From Moniliella sp. 'wahieum' (Eukaryota), in the NCBI GenBank assembly GCA_003971905.1, contig RSEE01000079.1, forward strand, positions 62,001-126,000: a stretch of DNA of 64,000 nucleotides, read 5' to 3'. The notes under the pieces were generated by a model that saw nothing but the letters and a program-made list of their open reading frames with translations, was not told where the DNA came from and made no database searches. Shown here piece after piece: positions 50,917-64,000 of this stretch. The first letter of the stretch is position 1. Each line of letters starts with the position of its first letter. The translations under genes were made by a program, and so were the position numbers.

Positions 50917-53900
50917 TTAACCATGTTTCTTATGGAAGAGCGAACCGAGCTTGCGGCCTTTCTTACCAAACACCGAGCGAGAATCATCCGCGTCCGCCGT
51001 ACCCGCCGTAGCCATCGTGTTCATCGTGTCATCTTGGCCCTCCGCACCCGCAGGCACACCCGACGCAGCCGACGCATGTTTACGATGGCCAAACAAGTGC
51101 TTAGGAGTAGAGATGACGCTCTTGCCCAACCCACCTACTGCTCCACCCACCGCACCTACACCACCTACCACGCCGCCCGCTACGCCACCCACTGCGCCGC
51201 CCACGGCGCCCACTGCACCACCCACGTTGCCCAACCCAGCGGCGATGCCCGTTGCTGCAGCTGTGATGCCAGCGCGGCCATTGGGCACCCCTCGGGATGG
51301 AACGTGAGGCGAAGTGTGCAGGGGGATGACCGTCGCCGGCATGCTCGCCCACGACGGGAAGGTGACTTCGCGCGCTTCGTCTGCCTCGAGCGCCGATAAG
51401 TCCGGGAGGTTGAACCCGCCCAGCGCGTCGCCAGCTCCCAACTGGTCCCAATCACGTAGCTCGATGCGTACCGCCGGCGCGGTCCGGTCGATCAGCGGGA
51501 CAGTGCCCAAGGTTTCGTTCCAGGTCGGGTGGAGCGATTTCTTGATCGTCTTGGTCTGCGCTACGCGTTCGCCTCCAATTACCAGAGCGGCAAAGGGGTC
51601 GGAGGACTTGCCGCCGCGATCGGCCCCACGTAGGTTCTCAGCATGCAGCGCATCGATCTTGAGCAGTCCCTGGTTCAACACGCTCTCCTGCGCCGACGGT
51701 TCAAACGGAATGGGCATCCACCGGCTCTGCACCTCAATCGTACACGGCCCACCCCCTGGCCCAACGGGATCTGCAAGCCCGTCACGTTGCCCACTGCACC
51801 TGTCACGCCCGACGTGACGCCCGACACGCTCTTGCCCACTACTCCCATCGCCCCGGAACCCAACTTGCCCAGCCCGCCTAAGCCCGACGACACGGCACTC
51901 AACCCAGGCATGTTCTTGGTCGCGTTGGCCGCAGCGTTTTTCGCGCTTCCTGTGCCGAATCGGGCAAATTGCCAAAGCCAGGGATGGTCTGCGGGTTAAA
52001 GGAAGGGTTGGCTGCCAGTGTAAACGTGTTCTTGCCCGTCAATGTGGCCTCGAGGAAGGCGCGAGCCTGGAAAGTTCCCGTGGCCACAACGTCCGACAGG
52101 TTGGTATCGTTGCCGTCGCCACGAGTGCGCACACGAAGTGTGATCTCACTCGTGTCCAGATCCTTGATTACCGCTTCGCACACCTCGTCAAACACGTTGA
52201 CCGCTTGCCGTGAGGGCTCGGTAAGGTACGTAGGCCAGTAGCCATCGTCAACCAGCACTTCCACGCGGGCCTGCTTGACGCTCAATTTACCCTCCAGCAC
52301 GTTGATAGCCAACACGCCACGCGGTTGCTTAACCAGCTGCTCAGGTGAGAGGATAACTCCCCCGGCTTCTCCTCCTCAGGCTCGGGCTTTTGGTCGGCGT
52401 CGGCTCCGCCTTGTCCGCAGTCGTCTCAGTCGTTTCTAGTCGTCTCCTTGGCCGATTCGGCTGGAATGGCAGGCAGGCTTTCCTTGGAAGGAGGTTGATC
52501 CAGCGCTTTGGCCTTCTCCACCGCATCCGGTTCACCATTGTCGAACACAGCGTCACGCAAATGCACAGCAGGTAGGAACTCCACCTCCAGCTCAAGCGTG
52601 CCGGTCTTCTTGCCCCCAGGCCCACCTGGGCTTTAATTGTCTTCTTTCCCGTTGAGCGGTAGGGCCACGGGTCGGTTTGAGACTTGTGTGCGTTCTCACT
52701 CTCCTCCCGCGCAAACTTGTTCACCGTCAGCTCGTACTTGCCCAAGAACCGATGCTTGCCATTCGGCTGATAGTCCATCAACTCCACCATCACCCGTTCC
52801 TGGAGCGAATGAACCGGGGCATACAGTGGCTGGGACTTAAAGTCAGGCGTGGACGTCTGGAGAAGCACCTTGCTGCGATCGGAAACGAGGCCCTTGTTAC
52901 GCAGCTCCACAAACGGCAAGGGCTTGCCTGCCAAACCAGAGCCTTTGCCGAGCGTGACCCGCAACGTGCCAATCGAAGGGGTGTAGCCCGAACCAGAGTT
53001 GACTCCGCCAGCCATCCGGACAGGCTTCCAAACTGCCGAGATGGATACACGCATGCGCGACGACCCACCGCTTTGCGTCAGGAGCGGGAACCAATCCTGT
53101 CCATGCGCCGCAGCCTCCAGCATATCGTCAAGCTTGACCGCCAGCTGTCCCACAGGCTTGTCGTTGTCATCCACAATCTCCAGTCCCACCACCGCCTTCT
53201 CGCGTTGAGTGACAAGCAGCGGCAGTTGGAATTCCCAGTTTGGTGCGTCAGACTTTTTGAACACGTTCGAAACGTTGACTTGCTTGCCATTGAGCAGAAT
53301 CCGGGCCTTCGAGTTCAGTTGCTTGCTTCCCAAGTTTTTGGCCGAGTGCACCGTTAGCGCCAGCACACCCGTCCGCGTCTCAGGAAGCGGGAGCTCCGTT
53401 CCATCTGGCGTTTTCTCTGGCTTGAGCAGGGGGAAATACGAAATCCCATACTGCAGCGTTCCACGCGCCTTGCCATTGAGGATAATCGGATCCGACAGTC
53501 CATCTTGTTCCGGGTTCTGCGCTAGCTCAGCAAGGTCAAACGTGGTTGTCCCCAATGGGTTGTCGGCGCGCACGTCATTGTAATCCAGTGTATTGAGCGT
53601 GAGCAGACCAGCGAGGGAGTTGATCAGCACAAATTTGGTCTCGCGCCAATTCGGGTTGCTGGTACTCTGTTTAACCGAAGTCTTCTCCAATACATCAGGC
53701 TTGTCGTTGAGGGTGAGCGAGACGTAAGGGTCCGGTGTGCCACCCCCAAATTTAACACCTTGCACGTCCTTGGCCGAGTAGATCGAGACTTGCAGGACAC
53801 CAATGGCCGTGTCCATCAGATTTCCGGCAAGCAATTCTTCCAAGTTAACCGTAAACACGTTGGGGGAATACATCATGGGTCCCAGGTTGGCATGCACTTG

Positions 53901-55267
53901 ACCTTGAATAAACTCATTGAGGCCTGGAATGTTGCCGACATCAAAACCAAGCTTGCTTCCACCAACGGGCTTGAGTACATAGTCAAACTTGGGCGGTTCC
54001 ATAAAGCTGATGCCAACTGTCTGAACATTGGGGAAGTTGGAGATGAGCTTAAACTGAACGCGAAGGGTGCCCGAAAATTGCATGTTCTGCACAAGGATCG
54101 GGAACGTGGCGCCAGCCAATCCGGCGCCAATGCGCACGCTCAGCTCGACTTTCGGATCAATTTTTTCCTTGGCCTGCTTGACCGTCATGTCGCTCGTGTC
54201 CTCGGGGGTGTAGTTGAACTTCCATTCGGTCATGATGACATCCTCGTCAGTGTGTGGGAAGGTGCGGACATAGGTGAACTGGGGGCCTTGGAACCGAGAG
54301 TGAACTGGGTCAGACGGATGGCATCGAGGAACGAAGGACAGTTTTGGACCAGGATGCCATCGGCGATCTGGATGACCTGGGCAGAAAGAGCGGGCATGTA
54401 GATGGGCCAGAAGCGGCAAGGAAGTTGTTGAGCCACATCATCTTCTCCCCATCGCCATCGGACACGTCCTCGAGAGCCTTTTTGCGGACGATGATGCGTT
54501 CCTGGTCGTCCTTGTAGCGCACCGCAACACGTTCCAGAGCACGGTTGTACGCTGCGATGACAAACATGCCAACAATCACCATGCCCGCCACGCCAAGGCG
54601 GATCTTGGTCAAGAGCCAGACAAAGAACGAGGCACCGAGAATGACCGAACCATTGGCAAGAAAGTTGCCCAAGTGGCTGTGGGCAATGTGGTCGCGAATA
54701 CGAAAGACGGTGGCCATGTGGCCCTCCTTGGCGCCCGAAGCAACGGTGGTGGCGAGTTCCTTGGGCTGGGTGCTCTGGGCCGAGGCGGACGGGGCCTGGG
54801 GGGCAGGCGCCTCGGCCTCGCCCTCGACGGCCATGCCGGGTGGAGCGACAAGGCGGCCCTGGTCATCGTACGTGGCGGTGGGGTTGGCAGCGCCACTCGA
54901 GATGGGGTGCTTGGCGGCCTGGACAGCTTCTTCGGTGGGCTGAGGCTGACAGGGCAAGGAGAGGAGGAAAGTGAGTGGGGGACCAAAGCGGAGAGCAGAA
55001 GAAGGAAAGGGCGACGTACCAGAGGCTTGTCGAAGCCGGCCTGAGGGTCCTGCATCAGGCCCTGGCGGATGGCGGACTGCGCCTGCTCGGCGGCCTTGGC
55101 GGCCGGGGCAGCCTTGGGATCGAAGTGGGGCGCAGGCGGCTCGGGGGAGGCGCATGGCCAGCGGGGGGAGCGCTGGCGTCGGCCACGGGCGGCTGGGCGG
55201 GAACAGGCGCAGCGGAGGGTGCGGCGTCCCCACTGGGGCGGGAGGCGTGGTGCGGCAGATTCACCAT
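50917..55267 (-). CDS. Tricalbin / extended synaptotagmin (TM hairpin, SMP domain, multiple C2 domains); intron 54940-55019; frameshifts
   Basis: EKMMWLNNFL..F(W)PIY, SMP segment FSGTLRVQFKLISNFPNVQTV...PPKFDYVLKP...IPGLNEFI, C2 motifs GTPDPYV, NPNWRETKF, ADRGGKSSDPF, KKSLHPTWNE and LRDWDQLG. Confidence 0.93.
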
Positions 55268-58200
55268 CTCGGCAAAGCCAACGACGGTGGTGGTGAGCCA
55301 GAACACCAAGCGAGCACTTCCGAGCGGCCCCAGCACCGGCAGCGTTCAGTCACGCTCACCCGTCACGCGTCACGCCGCACACGCACGCCGTGCGCAGGCA
55401 AGGCAGTGCACTGCCAGACCCGCCGCCACTGCCCCCCCCCAGCGCCAGGCGCATGCACGCCACCCGTGTGCAGCCGCAGGGGATGTGCACGCGCGCCACA
55501 CTCGCTCCGTGCGTCTGCACTGCCCGCCCCGCGTGGTCACTGACGTCACATCGTGCTCGCCCGGCGCCTGTGCTCCCACGCGGCTGCGCAGACAAGCAGT
55601 GGACCAACGCGAGGTCGGCGCGCTCAGCCTAAGCGCTGCACGCTGCACAGCCTCCCAGCCGCCCCGTGCAGCGGCTGCCGCGCCGCAGCAGAGCCAGGGG
55701 GCAGTCTATGGCCCGTGCGCGTCCTGCGTGCTCGCAAACATGGCCACGTGACCTCGTCACCCGCTCGCTCCGCCTGGCCGCCTGATAACCTCGAGTAGCA
55801 CCACCCGCACGCTCCGGCCAACCCAGCCATCTCGTCACCATCATGACATAGCCCAGGGCCGCCCCAACCCTGCCATCCGATGCATCCGCCTTATAGCACC
55901 GTCTCGGTGGTGCGTATTCTCTCTTGGTTCTGTTTGAGCCACACACCCGACCCACGTCTTTCCAAGCCCACCCTGCGCTGGACAACGAATTCCTTTTTAC
56001 GGACGCAGACTTGCTCGAGAGAGCTTCTCTCTGTAGACGCCCATGAAACCAACAACCGGGCGAGAAGACCAGACCACTTCAAAATCGAATATGCGACTAG
56101 GACAGAGCCGAGATCAAGAGGAGAAGCCCTGCCTCCGCCGCACGCCTAACCTGGCGATCCACCCCTCTTGTAAGACCGGCCGGAGGCGGAGAACCCAAGG
56201 AGTTGTGGGTGGTGACCTTCTGGAAATGGATAGTAATGTTATCCACGATTGTGGGTTGAGGACTCAAAACTCTAAGCCTCGCGCCACACCTGGAAGAAAC
56301 AGAGGTTCGAGTAAGCCGAATGAGGTAAGTACGTGGAGGCTTCGGAGGTCAACTATATGGGGCAAGGGGTAAAGATCAAGCCGATAGTAGGGATCAGACG
56401 CCTTGGCCTAATACGTATACGTCCCTGATGAGACCTGGGGTCCGGATGGTTTTCGAGGGTGGTGCAATCACACTGGTGGTGGTGGTGTGGTCTAAGCCAA
56501 CCCGCAACACCTACAGAGGAACATCAAGCAGAGAGTCGCCACCAGGGGCTAAGCTGTGTATCAACAAGGAAAACAGGAGAGAGAAGACAACGGAACACCT
56601 AGGCCTGAGGAGGAACTGAAGGGACGTTAGCCGTAGCACAAGCCACCCGGTGGCTCAACAGGTCATTCCAACATTGAACCTTACCCTCATTCCACTCTGC
56701 CCATCCAAACACCTCGCACACAGTCGTATATCGTCCCCGCGGTATAACAGAGAGAAGGCCCCGCTCAACGTACATCTCTTTTGTGCCGAGAAGCTAGTTT
56801 GTGAGAGGCGGCATCAACGTTCAATAACTATATTCTCCCTGTGATATACTATAGGCATGAACCTCCTTGTCCGCACGACCATGGACTATTTTTTCCGCAC
56901 CCAAGCTACCCTCTCCCCCTTTGCCCGCAAGCTTGATAGATCAAGGGATCCTTGCAGCGGCTTTAATTTCATCGCTGGGTTCGTTCCCCGGAATGGGGAA
57001 AGATTTTTGTGTGTGCGCAAATGTAGTGTCAAGACTTTTGAGTGTGTTTTTGACAAAAGAAGGTTCCTGCTTGGAGAGGAGACCCTTTACTATTTTGCCC
57101 CACAGCTTCTCTCTGGCAACGTGTTCCCGCACTCGTTCTCTCTCTGTCCACAGACACGAACGAGAGAGCGAAAGTACCCTTTGGGCATAATAGACTGCTT
57201 CGGTCTTTATAATACCATGTACAAAGCGTAAGGCTGGGACAACGGAACGCTCAGCGCTTTGCCTATAAACGTTAAACCGACCTCCTCATCCTAATAAAAA
57301 AGGGTTTCAACAGTGCGGGGAGGCCCAAAAAGGCTACAATAAGGGCACAGGGTTTCGAAAACACTAGATATGATGGCCTTTTTGCACGCCGAATGGTAGT
57401 TACTAGTAGTATATTATGCGCACAATAGGATATGCACCGCACACCCCACCGATGCGCGTATCGAATCGACAATATAGGATTTTTTTCGCTCGTCGAACTG
57501 TGCACCCGGCATACACAGGAGTACCAGTCCTCTCCTTCTCTGATGCTGCCCCCGCACTAGTATGTCGACCACATCGTGCGCCACATTCAAGGGTCTTTTT
57601 TGCCACTTGTTTACATGTTACTACACCCCACCGATCCGGAGTTAGGATAGGGCAAGAGCCACGCAAGGCGAGTGTGGCATACGTATACTCACTCCTAAGG
57701 CCCAACGTTTTGAATGCGCTGATGGAATAATAAGGTTATTGACGAGACGAAGTAGATGGTCCAGAGAAGGAGGGTAGCAAATACGAAGGAAGACGGAACC
57801 GGGCGGGAGAGCGGAGAGGGGTACTAAGCCCGGGGGGCTGTGCGGGTGGATGATGGATGATGAACGGGGCGGGAGAATCGATCAATTGGAAGACCCAAGT
57901 ATTAGTCGACACAAGGAGAAGGGCCGGCGAAGGGTTTAGGGCTGGAGACGTTGCAGGGAGAGACGGCGAGGCGGATCGGTAGTGTGTGGAGAGAGGTGGT
58001 GCAGTTGCCTCTTGATCCAACAAGATTGCGCTTAGTAGGAAGAGCAGTGGCCGTCCCAACGCGGGGAAACGAATTACGGAGAGTGCGCAAGACGGAGGGC
58101 TTGCTTATTGCTTTTGTCAAATTTGCAAGATGGGGAAAAAATAGGGGGAAACCTGCTTAATTGGCCATGCAACCACAGATATCTGTTGCCAGGCGTGCTG

Positions 58201-59095
58201 AGAGCACACAGACGGATAGATGCCCTAGGAGACTGCCTTGCACTGGGAGGTGCTGCTGTGGGAGGCCTGTGTGGCAGCCAGCCTGGATGGCAAAGGGTTG
58301 GGTCCAGACGACCTAAAGGGCGAGGCAGGCCGGCTGTGAATTTTTGGCGTGGGCAAAAACCACGCTTGATTGCTCCGTGCCCAGCCACTAGTCAAAGCAC
58401 ACTCCACCGCACAGGCACAGGAGCGCAGTGCGCCAGGGCTTCATACTTTCAGAATTGCAGGCGGCCGTCGGGGAACGAAACAAGTGTGCTTAAAAAAACG
58501 ATGGGATGCGGTGTTGCCAGCGTACGTTCGGGGGAAGGCATCTGGCTGGAGGATGGCGGAGTGTGCCCGCTTGCGGCCTGGAGGCCAAGTGCGCACGCAC
58601 AGGCGAACAGTTAAGGGCGCACACGCCATCACAGTGGAGTAGGATGCAGCAGCCCCACGCATTACCCGGGTCGAAAGGAAACTGACCGGTGAGGATAGCG
58701 ATGAACACCCCAACGCACCCCGAAGAAGCGTCTGGCTACAGAGAGACCAGACGCGGCCTAGGCCCAGGCCCCAGCCCAAATCAGGCGTTAGTAGTTAGGG
58801 CATGGTAGTGCCCACAGTGCGCTGGAGGCTGCTGATCACAGACTCTGGAGCACTCGGGCAGCGCTGGGGGCATAGCAGGCCCCAGCTTCCAACTGTAGCA
58901 CCCGCGCGCGCATAAGCAGATGCGAGTCAGCGGCCGCAAGAAGGGGATCGGTCAGTACGACCCCACACCCCCTGCCATGCAAAACCCATTAATATCATAG
59001 GCGAGGAGAAGGCAAGCATCTGTTTTTTGCCCCCTCCACCCCCCCACCTCTGCGATCCGTATCTCTCTCTGCTACCCAGCATCTTCGCCACCACC

Positions 59096-60692
59096 ATGGA
59101 CATGGACCCGTCACTCCCATCATTGTGCCCATTACCTACCAGCCCGCTCCTAGTCCTCGCCGCCGCCCATCTCCCCCTCACCGTCCTCGCGGGAAGGCAT
59201 ACGTCTAAGCGACCTAACACCTGATCGCTCTGTGCAGCCGATCCGGCCGACAGAGTGGTCCTTGCTACAGGCTCTGCATGCCATTCGGCCTGGTATGCAT
59301 GTGCCAGCTATGCCATGGCCCGAAGCGGTTTTAAGATGGTGTCCTGGCCCAAGCCCATGCTTGCGTTTTCTGTCTTCTGCCAGCGCAAGAGAAGGGTGGT
59401 GGCGAGGTGGAGTGGCTGGTATCGCTCACGTTGGCTAACGTCTGGGCATCTCTCCTCCCCCTTCCACCATGGCTGGCTACCGACGCCTGTTCCAAGGATC
59501 AGAAGATGAGTTGCCCGTTCACTGGGCGTTGGTGTTGAACCTATTTGCCAAAGCGGGCAAGATGAATGCTCGCCTGGCCCGTGCAACCAAGTACAAGACC
59601 TCCAAGGCCTACCTGTCCATCCTGTCCGATATGCAGGGCATGGACCAGATCGGGTTTAGTTTGCCCCTGCGCGACCGTACCACGCCACATTTGGATTCGG
59701 CGGTCCGGATGGTGGTCACACCTTTTCCTGCCGGCGTGAAAGCGCCACGGGATTGGATTGGCTACTTTGTCGATCGCATTAACCCAAACGCAAACTATAC
59801 CTCCGCCTATGTTCCTGGTGTGTATGGCCCTACGTATGCGTGTCCCGTTTCCGTGCGCAACAAGTTGGAGCGACTTGGTATGGACCGATGCATGCAGCGT
59901 GCCGGCCTGCTCCCGTTTCAATTTGGATTGCGTACGTCCCCTCCGCCCCTCTCCCCACCGTCTCACTTTTGAGAAAAGATGAATGAACTGACCAAGAGCG
60001 AAACCAGAGATGCACGGAAACCTTATCCGTCTCACCAGTTCGTCCTGCAGAATGGGTCCGGTCAATGTTGAGTGGATTGGCGCTGTGGACGAGCCGAACA
60101 ACGTGATGAGGCTGGCTGGCTTGGTTCTTGTCCTTTCGGCCATGATGGAGAAACTGAATCCATCGTGGTGGCAGTGGAATTACCTTCCCTTTATACGCCC
60201 GGGAATGCAGCTGCAGCTCGATGCAATCATCGAAGTCCCCGAGGAAAAAAGGATCATATGCCTCTTCCCCAAGAGTGTGGGCCATGGTCACCAAGCTTGC
60301 CCCGGCTTTATCAGATGAACCAGGAGGCCCAAGGGGAGAAGGCCCAGGAGGAGGACGATGAGAAGGATCAGGATCAGGAGCAGGAGCAGGAGCAAGAGCA
60401 AGATGATGAGGAAGATGCGGATGACGCAGATACGGTGACTAAGGTTCCTTTCTCATCTGACAATGCAGAGGAGGAGGATTCATTTTGCTACCGGATGTAC
60501 GAGTCGCGAGCTCTCCCCCTGGTCCCTCCACCCGTGCAGGGAGAGGGAAATCAAAAGGAAGACAAAGTGCGAAGAGGATCAGAAGACTCGACGGCTTCCT
60601 CCTCTTCGTCAGGGAGCCTGGCCAGCACCATGATTGCTAAGATGATCGCTGTGGTCTGGCCCGAGGTTGCTGTGGAGCCGGGGCAAGAGTAA
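59096..60692 (+). CDS. Orphan protein with acidic C-terminal tract (intron 59932-60007; frameshifts)
   Basis: Strong Kozak CCACCATGG. A GTACGT...CTGAC...CAG intron joins ORF 59469-59931 in frame to ORF 60010+. E/D/Q-rich C-terminus. Confidence 0.6.
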
Positions 60693-62005
60693 AAGCGTTT
60701 GTGGTCCACCTCATTGGACCTCTGTTCTACAGCTTTTCGATTCGTTTATTTCATGTTTCATGTTTTCTGTTTCTTGTTTTCTGTTTTCTGTTTCTGTTAT
60801 CATCTCATGTCTATCTCGTACAGCTTGTTCTTCCACTTCTCATTGTTGTATCCTCCCCACAATCGGCGGTTTCTTCAAACCCGTTCTCCCTTGGCATCCG
60901 ACATACATCAGGGTTCAAAGGTTTTATACTACGCGTATATTATACACACATTTTCTGGTTCTTCCTTGAAGTTGTATGGTTGTTCGATGAGACCCCTCTC
61001 AGGTCTCTATCCTTCCACAGTGTACCATGTCAGCCTCCTCTTCTACAACGTAATAGGCTTGCTATAGGCCCCATCATTGCATTATTAGCTGGATATCGTG
61101 CGGATTCTTCGTACTCCGGGTTGGCAATTGTTTTCTAGGAACAGCGTTTCCTTATCCCAGCCATGATCTCTTCTGTAAGAGATATGAATGCCCCAGCCAA
61201 CTCCTGTAAAGGAACAGGAAAAAAACTTCTTCCAATCCTCCGTGGCTCTCGGCTGCAGCCTTCCATGGTATCGTACCCATCACAAGCGCACTATAGATGC
61301 CACGACCTCCTCTCCGCTTCACTGCATCGCGGTGAGACCTCTGGGCGTATAGCGTACATCAGTTGTAGCTACGCGGTGCCTGGTGTAGCCAAAGGTTGCG
61401 TAGGCACCGCCGCTTTTGGACCGTATAGTGACGCGTGACATGTCTTTTTTGTGGAAAGCGTTCCAGACGTGGGAACGGGGAGATTACTATAGATCAGGAA
61501 CTGTGTGGAGGGCAGTAGAGTCGCCACAAAGAAGACCGTTCCTGGGCGCCGGTCAACAAGGAACCAAACAGACAAAGAGCGGGGCACCAGCGACGCTCCT
61601 CCTTCCCACGGAGACGAAGCGTGGGGAAGAACAGAAAATATAATACCCAGAGGCAAGAAAGGGCCGCTGTCTCGCAGCCAAGGATACATAGGGCCCATAC
61701 CCGTTCGGGTCATTAAGGTCATAGATCGAATGAATGTGAATAACGCGTTGAACGGACTTTTTAAAACAAGCGTGTCCCCACATCAACGAGGTGTCAGTTG
61801 TGACTCTCGTTCGCGCTGGAGTCTCTGAGAGACAAGGAGAAGAAGAGACAGCCTAGGGTCTCGTAACTGACAGTACACTAAACCTCCGGTATACCTGTCA
61901 GGCGCAGTATGTAGACAGGCCTGCTCGGCCTCAGTTACTAGTGCGCGCTGACGCGCTGGCGGGGCAACTTACTATTCTATGTGCGTGCAACGATAAGATT
62001 GAGGT

Positions 62006-63480
62006 TAAACGTACGTTAAACGTTGAACGTTACACGTTAATCGAGTTAATCGATAAATCGATCGATAATCGATAATCGATAGTCGGGGACATGGTGACAT
62101 GCGTCACCGGCCACCCCGTCCCATGTCGCACGTCCCACAGTGTATACCCTGTCACATGTGTCACACACCCAGCCTCTCAGGAAGGTATAGGAACTCCAGC
62201 ACCCCAACTACAAACACCGCTACCCCACGCCCCGCCCGCCCCACCCTGCCCCGCCGCTTCAGCTACGTCTGTTGCCCACAATGAGTACGAGTACTGAGTT
62301 ATAGTCGCCACAAACAGTCCAGCTTCCAACGTTTAACGAACGACGTACAACGTACCAATCGCGGCCAACAGATCCTGTGTGCATCAGATTCATCAGATCC
62401 CACAAAAGCACGCGTCACGCGTCACGCGTCACGCACGCGAAAGCGTCACATGTCACATATGTCACCGGTGTATGTGCACATGTGTTGTTCAACATGTCAA
62501 CACGACGGGCATCGACAAAATTTCTGCCTCCAAGCGCGACGGGCCTCGCACCTGTGTGAGAAGTATGTCAACAGCTGGCCAAGTCCTGCAGGACTGATGT
62601 ACTGATACTGGAGTATACTTATTACCTGAGTATATAGAGGCGGCTGAGGACCTTCCTGTTTTACGATACCGCGCAGAGTACTACTCCGAAGTACGAGTCT
62701 TACTCTCCAAGTGCTCGATGCTCTCACTCTTACGTGCGTTCTAGAGATACCCCGTACATTATCGAAACCCTACACCATAACCCGCAGGCCGCATCACACT
62801 CTACAACGTCACATACACCAACAGCAAGTACACCAAACGGCCCTACGTAGTAGGTATAGCATAGAGAAGAATAGCCGCTCTCTCTTCTCCACCCCGTGCT
62901 GCTAATCGTTCCATAGTGTTTACCGTTTACCGTTTACTGATCACCAGTCTTACAGCGCATTGCGCACAGCTAGCTCTGCACTGTGGTAGTTGAGTGTATC
63001 GAAAGGTTAAACGTTGAACGGATTAAACAGGGGAGTTGCTCCGACATGAGATTTACGTTGGGGGATTGGCCTTATAGAGCTTAGACATTAGAGGGCTTAG
63101 AGCTTGGGATTTAATATTAGGTCGTAGAAGGCCTTAGGGCTTAGACTTAGGACTTAGGCCCTTGGAGAGAGACACTTCAGGGGGGGTGATGCAGGCGATG
63201 CTGGTAGTAATGGGTAATACCCCTAGGGAGACCTCCACACCTCGATCAGCAAACCAGAGGGGGGGCAGCTATGGTGGACAGATGTAGGTTCTCGTTCCCT
63301 TAAGTGCGGAGGTCATTTTTTCGCGAGAGGGGACGCTGCGGACGACGGATTAAACGATGAACTTATTGCTCTGATCGGCAATTTACACAGTAGTGACTAT
63401 ATAGTGGCCGGTGACCGTGACCAAAGAAGTGTGGGAGGCGAGTGGAAGTGGTGGGGATGAAGCTTGAACTTGAAGCTTGA
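62006..63480. repeat. Dense cluster of 7-bp-period (TNA+palindrome) arrays
   Basis: ACGT then TCGA arrays at 62006-62082, (CGCG-TCA)3 at 62411, TCA-CATG-TCA-CATATG-TCA-CCGG at 62446, TTA arrays at 63080-63160 and AGCT at 63458. Confidence 0.9.
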
Positions 63481-64000
63481 AGATGCAATCTTAATCAGGG
63501 GGAGGCAGCCCAGAGGCGCCAACGAGGAGGGGCGGAGCAGAGGCGAGCCCGGCCAATGCAATCTCATATCGATCATGTCATCTCCTCTCTCTGAGTAGTT
63601 GTTGAGCTCTCAGCCGCAGGCTTATGTGTCTCCCGTCGTCCCTCCCGCATGACATCCCACACGGTATAATAGTTCAACTGTGTCGACGAGGCCCCATGGT
63701 TCTGGCGTTGCGCGGGTCCAGTTCTCCGTCGCTGCAAAAAGTTTTTCTAGGCAATTATAATCCTTCGTTTGTCCCGCCGCCCCGGCTGATGCACCAGGTG
63801 GCGCACCTCACAAAAGCGGCAATCTAGACACATATGCCCCGCGTTGCCCCCAGGTTTCCCATCTAGCATACATAGCACGACGCGAGTGGGATTAAGATCT
63901 GTTGACTGTGATCCTCCGGCTCCCAGTCGGTAGACCAGGTTCGCCTCGGTTCCATCGGCTTCCACGCTGGTGCCCTAGCGTGTCACTGTCCCTGTGCCCT

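Overview
This is eukaryotic DNA from a basidiomycete fungus, probably Ustilaginomycotina or Malassezia-like (a tentative inference). Genes are GC-rich with short spliceosomal introns (GTRCGT/GTAAG donors, CTRAC branch sites, YAG acceptors). Recognisable genes are ARF1, a Tsp2-family tetraspanin, two alpha/beta-hydrolase_3 esterases/lipases (one secreted), an intron-containing tRNA-Ser(CGA), RPS17, glyoxalase II, an FHA-domain protein, RPS1 (eS1), MON2, a Dsc2/UBAC2-like rhomboid pseudoprotease, UGP1, a secreted and probably GPI-anchored aspartic protease, a tricalbin and two orphan genes. Almost every long gene carries several 1-nt frameshifts, most likely uncorrected long-read indels, so CDS ends are approximate. 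About 4.7-13 kb and 56-59 kb look like decayed, gene-poor DNA with LTR-like relics. The most unusual signal is non-coding. Dozens of short tandem arrays share one grammar, (TNA + self-complementary 4-mer)n with a 7-bp period. At least 12 different palindromic cores are used (AGCT, GATC, TCGA, GTAC, GGCC, ACGT, CATG, CGCG, CCGG, GCGC, TTAA, CTAG). The TNA phase is kept when the core changes, and the arrays cluster upstream of genes and in four dense 1.5-2 kb intergenic blocks. This points to an unexplained symmetry-generating or symmetry-reading process.
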